Shown one piece after another: positions 51,501 through 64,000 of a DNA stretch of 64,000 nt. The notes under the pieces were generated by a model that was not told where the DNA came from, searched no databases, and saw only the letters and a program-made list of their open reading frames with translations. Source of the DNA: Squalus acanthias (lineage: Eukaryota); the NCBI GenBank assembly GCA_030390025.1, contig CM059433.1:23996001-24060000 (forward strand). Reading direction: 5' to 3'. Position 1 is the first letter of the stretch. The number at the start of each line of letters is the position of its first letter. The position numbers and the translations under genes are program-made.

Positions 51501-54500
51501 TTCTGTTGGATATAGTTTATACTGTTGGATATGGTTTATACTGTTGGATATAGTTTGTTCTGTTGGATATAGTTTATACTGTTGGATATAATTTATTCTG
51601 TTGGATATAGTTTATAATTATGGATATACTTTCTACAGTTGGATAAAGCTTATCATTTTCGATATAGTTTATACTGTTGGATATAGTTTATATTGTTGGA
51701 TATAGTTTATTCTGTTGGATATAGTTTATACTTTTGGATATAGTTTATAATGTTGGATATAGTTTGTTCTGTTGGATATAGTTTATACTGTTGGATATAG
51801 TTTATACTGTTGGATATAGTTTGTTCTGTTGGATATAGTTTATACTGTTGGATATAGTTTATAATGTTGGATATAGTTTATACTGTTGGATATAGTTCAT
51901 TCTGTTGGATATAGTTCATTCTGTTGGATATAGTTTATTCTGTTGGATATAGTTTATACTGTTGCATATTGTTTATACTGTTGGATATAATTTATACTGT
52001 TGGATATAGTTTATACTGTTGGATACAGTTTATACTGTTGGATATAGTTTATTCTGTTGGATATAGTTTATACTTATGGATGTACTTTCTACTGTTGGAT
52101 AAAGCTTATCATTTTCGATATAGTTTATACTGTTGGATATAGTTTATACTGTTGGATATAGTTCATTCTGTTGGATATAGTTTATTCTGTTGGATATAGT
52201 TTATACTGTTGGATATAGTTTATAATGTTGGATATAGTTTATACTGTTGGATATAGTTCATTCTGTTGGATATAGTTCATTCTGTTGGATATAGTTTATA
52301 CTGTTGGATATAGTTTATTCTGTTGGATATAGTTTATTCTGTTGGATATAGTTTATTCTGTTGGAATAGGTTATACAATTGGAGATAGTTTATACTGTTG
52401 GGTATAGTTTATTCTGTTGGATATAGTTTATTCTGTTGGATATAGTTTATTCTGTTGGATATAGTTTATACTGTTGGATATAGTTTATTCTGTTGGATAT
52501 AGTTTATTCTGTTGGATATAGTTTATAATGTTCGATATAGTTTATACTGTTGTACATAGTTCATACTATTCAATATAGGTTTATACTGTTGGATATAGTT
52601 TATAATGTTCAATATAGTTTATTCTGTTGGATATAGTTTATACTGTTGGATATACTTTCTTCTGTTGGATTTGGTTTATCCTGTTGGATATAGTTTATAC
52701 TGTTGTATATAGTTTATACTGTTGGATATACTTTCTACTGTTGGATAAAGCTTATCATTTTGGAAATAGTTTATACTTTTGGACATAGTTTATACTGTTG
52801 GATATAGTTCATTCTGTTGGATATAATTTATACTGTTGGATATAGTTTATACTGTTGCATATAGTTTATACTGTTGGATATAATTTATACTGTTGGATAT
52901 AGTTTATACTGTTGGATATAGTTCATTCTGTTGGATATAGTTTGTTCTGTTGGATATAGTTTATACTGTTGGATATAGTTTATAATGTTGGATATAGTTT
53001 ATACTGTTGGATATAGTTCATTCTGTTGGATATAGTTCATTCTGTTGGATATAGTTTATTCTGTTGGATATAGTTTATACTGTTGCATATTGTTTATACT
53101 GATGGATATAATTTATACTGTTGGATATAGTTTATACAGTTGTATATAGTTTATACTGTTGGATATAGTTTATTCTGTTGGATATAGTTTATACTTATGG
53201 ATGTACTTTCTACTGTTGGATAAAGCTTATCATTTTCGATATAGTTTATACTGTTGGATATAGTTTATACTGTTGGATATAGTTTATACTGTTGGATATA
53301 GTTTATAATGTTGGATATAGTTTATAATGTTGGATATAGTTTGTTCTGTTGGATATAGTTTATAATGTTGGATATAGTCTGTTCTGTTGGATATAGTTTA
53401 TAATGTTGGATATAGTTTGTTCTGTTGGATAAATTTTATACTGTTGCATATGGTTTATACTGTTGGATATAGTTTATACTGTTGGATATAGTTTATACAG
53501 TTGGATACAGTTTATACTGTTGGATATAGTTTATACAGTTGTATATAGTTTATACTGTTGGATACAGTTTATACTGTTGGATGTAGTTTATTCTGTTGGA
53601 TATAGTTTATACTTATGGATGTACTTTCTACTGTTGGATAAAGCTTATCATTTTCGATATAGTTTATACTGTTGGATATAGTTTGTACTGTTGGATATAG
53701 TTTGTTCTGTTGGATTTAGTTTATACTGTTGGATATAGTTTATAATGTTGGATATAGTTTGTTCTGTTGGATATAGTTTATACTGTTGGATATAGTTTGT
53801 TCTGTTGGATATAGTTTATACTGTTGGATATAATTTATTCTGTTGGATATAGTTTATAATTATGGATATACTTTCTACTGTTGGATAAAGCTTATCATTT
53901 TCGATATAGTTTATACTGTTGGATATAGTTTATATTGTTGGATATAGTTTATTCTGTTGGATATAGTTTATACTGTTGGATATAGTTTATAATGTTGGAT
54001 ATATTTTGTTCTGTTGGATATAATTTATACTGTTGGATATAGTTTATACTGTTGGATATAGTTTGTTCTGTTGGATATAGTTTATACTGTTGGATATAGT
54101 TTATAATGTTGGATATAGTTTATACTGTTGGATATAGTTCATTCTGTTGGATATAGTTCATTCTGTTGGATATAGTTTATTCTGTTGGATATAGTTTATA
54201 CTGTTGCATATTGTTTATACTGTTGGATATAATTTATACTGTTGGATATAGTTTATACTGTTGGATACAGTTTATACTGTTGGATATAGTTTATTCTGTT
54301 GGATATAGTTTATACTTATGGATGTACTTTATACAGTTGGATAAAGCTTATGATTTTCGATATAGTTTATACTGTTGGATATAGTTTATACTGTTGGATA
54401 TAGTTTGTTCTGTTGGCTATAATTTATACTGTTGGATATAGTTTATAATGTTGGATATAGTTTATACTGTTGGATGTAGTTTATACTTTTGGATATAATT

Positions 54501-57500
54501 TGTTCTGTTGGATATAGTTTATACTGTCGGATATAGTTTATAATGTTGGATATAGTTTATATTGTTGGATATAGTTTATACTGTTGGATATAGTTTATAT
54601 AGTTGTATATAGTTTATACTGTTGGATACAGTTTATACTGTTGGATATAGTTTATTCTGTTGGATATAGTTTATACATATGGATGTACTTTCTACTGTTG
54701 GATAAAGCTTATCATTTTCGATATAGTTTATACTGTTGGATATAGTTTATACTGTTGGATATAGTTTATACTGTTGGATATAGTTTATAATGTTGGATAT
54801 AGTTTGTTCTGTTGGATATAGTTTATACTGTTGGATATAGTTTGTTCTGTTGGGTAAATTTTATACTGTTGCATATTGTTTATGCTGTTGGATATAGTTT
54901 ATACTGTTGGATATAGTTTATACAGTTGTATATAGTGTATACTGTTGGATACAGTTTATACTGTTGGATATCGTTTATTCTGTTGGATATAGTTTATAAT
55001 TATGGATGTACTTTCTACTGTTGGATAAAGCTTATCATTTTCGATATAGTTTATACTGTTGGATATAGTTTATACTGTTGGATATAGTTTGTTCTGTTGG
55101 ATATAGTTTATACTGTTGGATATAGTTTATAATGTTGGATATAGTTTGTTCTGTTGGATATAGTTTATACTGTTGGATATAGTTTGTTCTGTTGGATATA
55201 GTTTATACTGTTGGATATAGTTTATACTGTTGGATATAGTTTGTTCTGTTGGATATAGTTTATACTGTTGGATATAATTTATTCTGTTGGATATAGTTTA
55301 TAATTATGGATGTACTTTCTACTGTTGGATAAAGCTTATCATTTTCGATATAGTTTATACTGTTGGATATAGTTTATACTGTTGGATATAATTTATACTG
55401 TTGGATATAGTTTATAATGTTGGATATAGTTTGTTCTGTTGGATATAGTTTATACTGTTGGATATAGTTTATACTGTTGGATATAGTTTGTTCTGTTGGA
55501 TATAGTTTATACTGTTGGATATAGTTTATAATGTTGGATATAGTTTATACTGTAGGATATAGTTCATTCTGTTGGATATAGTTCATTCTGTTGGATATAG
55601 TTTATTCTGTTGGATATAGTTTATACTGTTGCATATTGTTTATACTGTTGGATATAATTTATACTGTTGGATATAGTTTATACAGTTGTATATAGTTTAT
55701 ACTGTTGGATACAGTTTATACTGTTGGATATAGTTTATTCTGTTGGATATAGTTTATACTTATGGATGTACTTTCTACTGTTGGATAAAGCTTATCATTT
55801 TCGATATAGTTTATACTGTTGGATATAGTTTTTACTGTTGGATATAGTTTGTTCTGTTGGATATAGTTTATACTGTTGGATATAGTTTATAATGTTGGAT
55901 ATAGTTTGTTCTGTTGGATATAGTTTGTACTGTTGGATATAGTTTATACTTTTGGATATAATTTGTTCTGTTGGATATAGTTTATACTGTTGGATATAGT
56001 TTATAATGTTGGATATAGTTTATACCGTTGGATATAGTTTATACTGTTGGATATAGTTTATACTGTTGGATATAGTTTATAATGTTGGATATAGTTTGTT
56101 CTGTTGGATATAGTTTATACTGTTGGATATAGTTTATACTGTTGGATATAGTTTGTTCTGTTGGATATAGTTTATCCTGTTGGATATAGTTTGTTCTGTT
56201 GGATATAGTTTATAATGTTGGATATAGTTTATAATGTTGGATATAATTTGTTCTGTTGGATATAGTTTATACTGTTGGATATAGTTTATACTGTTGGATA
56301 TAGTTTGTTCTGTTGGATATAGTTTATACTGTTGGATATAGTTTATACAGTTGGATACAGTTTATACTGTTGGATATAGTTTATACAGTTGTATATAGTT
56401 TATACTGTTGGATACAGTTTATACTGTTGGATGTAGTTTATTCTGTTGGATATAGTTTATACTTATGGATGTACTTTCTACTGTTGGATAAAGCTTATCA
56501 TTTTCGATATAGTTTATACTGTTGGATATAGTTTGTACTGTTGGATATAGTTTGTTCTGTTGGATATAGTTTATACTGTTGGATATAGTTTATAATGTTG
56601 GATATAGTTTGTTCTGTTGGATATAGTTTATACTGTTGGATATAGTTTGTTCTGTTGGATATAGTTTATACTGTTGGATATAGTTTATACTGTTGGATAT
56701 AGTTTGTTCTGTTGGATATAGTTTATACTGTTGGATATAATTTATTCTGTTCGATATAATTTATAATTATGGATATACTTTCTACAGTTGGATAAAGCTT
56801 ATCATTTTCGATATAGTTTATACTGTTGGATATAGTTTATATTGTTGGATATAGTTTATTCTGTTGGATATAGTTTATACTGTTGGATATAGTTTATAAT
56901 GTTGGATATAGTTTGTTCTGTTGGATATAGTTTATACTGTTGGATATAGTTTATACTGTTGGATATAGTTTGTTCTGTTGGATATAGTTTATACTGTTGG
57001 ATATAGTTTATAATGTTGGATATAGTTTATACTGTTGGATATAGTTCATTCTGTTGGATATAGTTCATTCTGTTGGATATAGTTTATTCTGTTGGATATC
57101 GTTTATACTGTTGCATATTGTTTATACTGTTGGATATAATTTATACTGTTGGATATAGTTTATACTGTTGGATACAGTTTATACTGTTGGATATAGTTTA
57201 TTCTGTTGGATATAGTTTATACTTATGGATGTACTTTCTACTGTTGGATAAAGCTTATCATTTTCGATATAGTTTATACTGTTGGATATAGTTTATACTG
57301 TTGGATATAGTTCATTCTGTTGGATATAGTTTATTCTGTTGGATATAGTTTATACTGTTGGATATAGTTTATAATGTTGGATATAGTTTATACTGTTGGA
57401 TATAGTTCATTCTGTTGGATATAGTTCATTCTGTTGGATATAGTTTATACTGTTGGATATAGTTTATTCTGTTGGATATAGTTTATTCTGTTGGATATAG

Positions 57501-60500
57501 TTTATTCTGTTGGAATAGGTTATACAATTGGAGATAGTTTATACTGTTGGATATAGTTTATTCTGTTGGATATAGTTTATTCTGTTGGATATAGTTTATA
57601 CTGTTGGATATAGTTTATTCTGTTGGATATATTTTATTCTGTTGGATATAGTTTATAATGTTCGATATAGTTTATACTGTTGTACATAGTTCATACTATT
57701 CAATATAGGTTTATACTGTTGGATATAGTTTATAATGTTCAATATAGTTTATTCTGTTGGATATAGTTTATACTGTTGGATATACTTTCTACTGTTGGAT
57801 TTGGTTTATCCTGTTGGATATAGTTTATACTGTTGTATATAGTTTATACTGTTGGATATACTTTCTACTGTTGGATAAAGCTTATCATTTTGGAAATAGT
57901 TTATACTTTTGGACATAGTTTATACTGTTGGATATAGTTCATTCTGTTGGATATAATTTATACTGTTGGATATAGTTTATACTGTTGCATATAGTTTATA
58001 CTGTTGGATATAATTTATACTGTTGGATATTGTTTATACTGTTGGATATAGTTCATTCTGTTGGATATAGTTTGTTCTGTTGGATATAGTTTGTACTGTT
58101 GGATATAGTTTATAATGTTGGATATAGTTTATACTGTTGGATATAGTTCATTCTGTTGGATATAGTTCATTCTGTTGGATATAGTTTATTCTGTTGGATA
58201 TAGTTTATACTGTTGCATATTGTTTATACTGATGGATATAATTTATACTGTTGGATATAGTTTATACAGTTGTATATAGTTTATACTGTTGGATATAGTT
58301 TATTCTGTTGGATATAGTTTATACTTATGGATGTACTTTCTACTGTTGGATAAAGCTTATCATTTTCGATATAGTTTATACTGTTGGATATAGTTTATAC
58401 TGTTGGATATAGTTTATACTGTTGGATATAGTTTATAATGTTGGATATAGTTTATAATGTTGGATATAGTTTGTTCTGTTGGATATAGTTTATAATGTTG
58501 GATATAGTCTGTTCTGTTGGATATAGTTTATAATGTTGGATATAGTTTGTTCTGTTGGATAAATTTTATACTGTTGCATATGGTTTATACTGTTGGATAT
58601 AGTTTATACTGTTGGATATAGTTTATACAGTTGGATACAGTTTATACTGTTGGATGTAGTTTATTCTGTTGGATATAGTTTATACTTATGGATGTACTTT
58701 CTACTGTTGGATAAAGCTTATCATTTTCGATATAGTTTATACTGTTGGATATAGTTTGTACTGTTGGATATAGTTTGTTCTGTTGGATTTAGTTTATACT
58801 GTTGGATATAGTTTATAATGTTGGATATAGTTTGTTCTGTTGGATAAAGTTTATACTGTTGGATATAGTTTGTTCTGTTGGATATAGTTTATACTGTTGG
58901 ATATAATTTATTCTGTTGGATATAGTTTATAATTATGGATATACTTTCTACTGTTGGATAAAGCTTATCATTTTCGATATAGTTTATACTGTTGGATATA
59001 GTTTATATTGTTGGATATAGTTTATTCTGTTGGATATAGTTTATACTGTTGGATATAGTTTATAATGTTGGATATATTTTGTTCTGTTGGATATAGTTTA
59101 TACTGTTGGATATAGTTTATACTGTTGGATATAGTTTGTTCTGTTGGATATAGTTTATACTGTTGGATATAGTTTATAATGTTGGATATAGTTTATACTG
59201 TTGGATATAGTTCATTCTGTTGGATATAGTTCATTCTGTTGGATATAGTTTATTCTGTTGGATATAGTTTATACTGTTGCATATTGTTTATACTGTTGGA
59301 TATAATTTATACTGTTGGATATAGTTTATACTGTTGGATACAGTTTATACTGTTGGATATAGTTTATTCTGTTGGATATAGTTTATACTTATGGATGTAC
59401 TTTCTACAGTTGGATAAAGCTTATGATTTTCGATATAGTTTATACTGTTGGATATAGTTTATACTGTTGGATATAGTTTGTTCTGTTGGCTATAATTTAT
59501 ACTGTTGGATATAGTTTATAATGTTGGATATAGTTTATACTGTTGGATATAGTTTATACTTTTGGATATAATTTGTTCTGTTGGATATAGTTTATACTGT
59601 TGGATATAGTTTATAATGTTGGATATAGTTTATATTGTTGGATATAGTTTATACTGTTGGATATAGTTTATATAGTTGTATATAGTTTATACTGTTGGAT
59701 ACAGTTTATACTGTTGGATATAGTTTATTCTGTTGGATATAGTTTATACTTATGGATGTACTTTCTACTGTTGGATAAAGCTTATCATTTTCGATATAGT
59801 TTATACTGTTGGATATAGTTTACACTGTTGGATATAGTTTATACTGTTGGATATAGTTTATAATGTTGGATATAGTTTGTTCTGTTGGATATAGTTTATA
59901 CTGTTGGATATAGTTTGTTCTGTTGGATAAATTTTATACTGTTGGATATAGTTTCTTCTGTTGGATATAGTTTATACTGTTGGATATAGTTTGTTCTGTT
60001 GGATATAGTTTATACTGTTGGATATAATTTATTCTGTTGGATATAGTTTATAATTATGGATTTACTTTCTACTGTTGGATAAAGCTTATCATTTTCGATA
60101 TAGTTTATACTGTTGGATATAGTTTATACTGTTGGATATAATTTATACTGTTGGATATAGTTTATAATGTTGGATATAGTTTGTTCTGTTGGATATAGTT
60201 TATACTGTTGGATATAGTTTATACTGTTGGATATAGTTTGTTCTGTTGGATATAGTTTATACTGTTGGATATAGTTTATAATGTTGGATATAGTTTATAC
60301 TGTAGGATATAGTTCATTCTGTTGGATATAGTTCATTCTGTTGGATATAGTTTATTCTGTCGGATATAGTTTATACTGTTGCATATTGTTTATACTGTTG
60401 GATATAATTTATACTGTTGGATATAGTTTATATAGTTGTATATAGTTTATACTGTTGGATACAGTTTATACTGTTGGATATAGTTTATTCTGTTGGATAT

Positions 60501-63500
60501 AGTTTATACTTATGGATGTACTTTCTACTGTTGGATAAAGCTTATCATTTTCGATATAGTTTATACTGTTGGATATAGTTTATACTGTTGGATATAGTTT
60601 GTTCTGTTGGATATAGTTTATACTGTTGGATATAGTTTATAATGTTGGATATAGTTTGTTCTGTTGGATATAGTTTGTACTGTTGGATATAGTTTATACT
60701 TTTGGATATAATTTGTTCTGTTGGATATAGTTTATACTGTTGGATATAGTTTATAATGTTGGATATAGTTTATACCGTTGGATATAGTTTATACTGTTGG
60801 ATATAGTTTATACTGTTGGATATAGTTTATAATGTTGGATATAGTTTGTTCTGTTGGATATAGTTTATACTGTTGGATATAGTTTATACTGTTGGATATA
60901 GTTTGTTCTGTTGGATATAGTTTATACTGTTGGATATAGTTTGTTCTGTTGGATATAGTTTATAATGTTGGATATAGTTTATAATGTTGGATATAATTTG
61001 TTCTGTTGGATATAGTTTATACTGTTGGATATAGTTTATACTGTTGGATATAGTTTGTTCTGTTGGATATAGTTTATACTGTTGGATATAGTTTATACAG
61101 TTGGATACAGTTTATACTGTTGGATATAGTTTATACAGTTGTATATAGTTTATACTGTTGGATACAGTTTATACTGTTGGATGTAGTTTATTCTGTTGGA
61201 TATAGTTTATACTTATGGATGTACTTTCTACTGTTGGATAAAGCTTATCATTTTCGATATAGTTTATACTGTTGGATATAGTTGGTACTGTTGGATATAG
61301 TTTGTTCTGTTGGATATAGTTTATACTGTTGGATATAGTTTATAATGTTGGATATAGTTTGTTCTGTTGGATATAGTTTATACTGTTGGATATAGTTTGT
61401 TCTGTTGGATATAGTTTATACTGTTGGATATAGTTTATACTGTTGGATATAGTTTGTTCTGTTGGATATAGTTTATACTGTTGGATATAATTTATTCTGT
61501 TGGATATAGTTTATAATTATGGATATACTTTCTACAGTTGGATAAAGCTTATCATTTTCGATATAGTTTATACTGTTGGATATAGTTTATATTGTTGGAT
61601 ATAGTTTATTCTGTTGGATATAGTTTATACTGTTGGATATAGTTTATAATGTTGGATATAGTTTGTTCTGTTGGATATAGTTTATACTGTTGGATATAGT
61701 TTATACTGTTGGATATAGTTTGTTCTGTTGGATATAGTTTATACTGTTGGATATAGTTTATAATGTTGGATATAGTTTATACTGTTGGATATAGTTCATT
61801 CTGTTGGATATAGTTCATTCTGTTGGATATAGTTTATTCTGTTGGATATAGTTTATACTGTTGCATATTGTTTATACTGTTGGATATAATTTATACTGTT
61901 GGATATAGTTTATACTGTTGGATACAGTTTATACTGTTGGATATAGTTTATTCTGTTGGATATAGTTTATACTTATGGATGTACTTTCTACTGTTGGATA
62001 AAGCTTATCATTTTCGATATAGTTTATACTGTTGGATATAGTTTATACTGTTGGATATAGTTCATTCTGTTGGATATAGTTTATTCTGTTGGATATAGTT
62101 TATACTGTTGGATATAGTTTATAATGTTGGATATAGTTTATACTGTTGGATATAGTTCATTCTGTTGGATATAGTTCATTCTGTTGGATATAGTTTATAC
62201 TGTTGGATATAGTTTATTCTGTTGGATATAGTTTATTCTGTTGGATATAGTTTATTCTGTTGGAATAGGTTATACAATTGGAGATAGTTTATACTGTTGG
62301 ATATAGTTTATTCTGTTGGATATAGTTTATTCTGTTGGATATAGTTTATTCTGTTGGATATAGTTTATACTGTTGGATATAGTTTATTCTGTTGGATATA
62401 GTTTATTCTGTTGGATATAGTTTATAATGTTCGATATAGTTTATACTGTTGTACATAGTTCATACTATTCAATATAGGTTTATACTGTTGGATATAGTTT
62501 ATAATGTTCAATATAGTTTATTCTGTTGGATATAGTTTATACTGTTGGATATACTTTCTACTGTTGGATTTGGTTTATCCTGTTGGATATAGTTTATACT
62601 GTTGTATATAGTTTATACTGTTGGATATACTTTCTACTGTTGGATAAAGCTTATCATTTTGGAAATAGTTTATACTTTTGGACATAGTTTATACTGTTGG
62701 ATATAGTTCATTCTGTTGGATATAATTTATACTGTTGGATATAGTTTATACTGTTGCATATAGTTTATACTGTTGGATATAATTTATACTGTTGGATATA
62801 GTTTATACTGTTGGATATAGTTCATTCTGTTGGATATAGTTTGTTCTGTTGGATATAGTTTGTACTGTTGGATATAGTTTATAATGTTGGATATAGTTTA
62901 TACTGTTGGATATAGTTCATTCTGTTGGATATAGTTCATTCTGTTGGATATAGTTTATTCTGTTGGATATAGTTTATACTGTTGCATATTGTTTATACTG
63001 ATGGATATAATTTATACTGTTGGATATAGTTTATACAGTTGTATATAGTTTATACTGTTGGATATAGTTTATTCTGTTGGATATAGTTTATACTTATGGA
63101 TGTACTTTCTACTGTTGGATAAAGCTTATCATTTTCGATATATTTTATACTGTTGGATATAGTTTATACTTTTGGATATAGTTTATACTGTTGGATATAG
63201 TTTATAATGTTGGATATAGTTTATAATGTTGGATATAGTTTGTTCTGTTGGATATAGTTTATAATGTTGGATATAGTCTGTTCTGTTGGATATAGTTTAT
63301 AATGTTGGATATAGTTTGTTCTGTTGGATAAATTTTATACTGTTGCATATGGTTTATACTGTTGGATATAGTTTATACTGTTGGATATAGTTTATACAGT
63401 TGGATACAGTTTATACTGTTGGATATAGTTTATACAGTTGTATATAGTTTATACTGTTGGATACAGTTTATACTGTTGGATGTAGTTTATTCTGTTGGAT

Positions 63501-64000
63501 ATAGTTTATACTTATGGATGTACTTTCTACTGTTGGATAAAGCTTATCATTTTCGATATAGTTTATACTGTTGGATATAGTTTGTACTGTTGGATATAGT
63601 TTGTTCTGTTGGATTTAGTTTATACTGTTGGATATAGTTTATAATGTTGGATATAGTTTGTTCTGTTGGATAAAGTTTATACTGTTGGATATAGTTTGTT
63701 CTGTTGGATATAGTTTATACTGTTGGATATAATTTATTCTGTTGGATATAGTTTATAATTATGGATATACTTTCTACTGTTGGATAAAGCTTATCATTTT
63801 CGATATAGTTTATACTGTTGGATATAGTTTATATTGTTGGATATAGTTTATTCTGTTGGATATAGTTTATACTGTTGGATATAGTTTATAATGTTGGATA
63901 TATTTTGTTCTGTTGGATATAGTTTATACTGTTGGATATAGTTTATACTGTTGGATATAGTTTGTTCTGTTGGATATAGTTTATACTGTTGGATATAGTT

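Larger units (their letters stand above)
27101..64000. repeat. 19-bp satellite (CTGTTGGATATAGTTTATA)n with higher-order structure; runs off the window
   Basis: Directly visible; roughly 1750 monomers by length arithmetic. Recurring variant monomers (AAGCTTATCATTTT, TTGTACATAGTTCATACTATTCAA, GGAATAGGTTATA) define higher-order units. Confidence 0.99.

Noticed and set aside
27943..63580. Repeated 72-aa ORFs (MDIVYTVGYSLY...)
   Set aside because: Translation of the 19-bp satellite (57-bp = 19-aa period), open only where variants remove the TAG; TTG starts; no sign of coding function.
27101..64000. CRISPR-like array
   Set aside because: Head-to-tail monomers with no unique spacers, no cas genes, vertebrate context.

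Overview
Eukaryotic (vertebrate) genomic DNA, very probably from a cartilaginous fish (inferred from the SINE/LINE families present). Positions 1-27.1 kb are AT-rich and repeat-dense. They hold the 5' part of a minus-strand glial cells missing gene (GCM1-like; coding exons 8214-8312 and 5999-6251, a probable non-coding first exon ~8931-9090; the remaining exons are probably left of the window). This part also contains an inactivated CR1 LINE in the GCM intron, other CR1/L2-type fragments, Deu-, Meta-like and V-domain SINEs, several MITEs and a Penelope-type terminus with a minimal hammerhead ribozyme motif. From ~27.1 kb to the window end (~37 kb) lies a 19-bp satellite (CTGTTGGATATAGTTTATA)n organised in layered higher-order repeats (~1.9 kb, then ~5 kb). 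One SINE insertion was captured and amplified to 7 near-identical copies with the array, and an independent, oppositely oriented copy sits at the array edge. Family names come from recalled consensus features; no database search was run.
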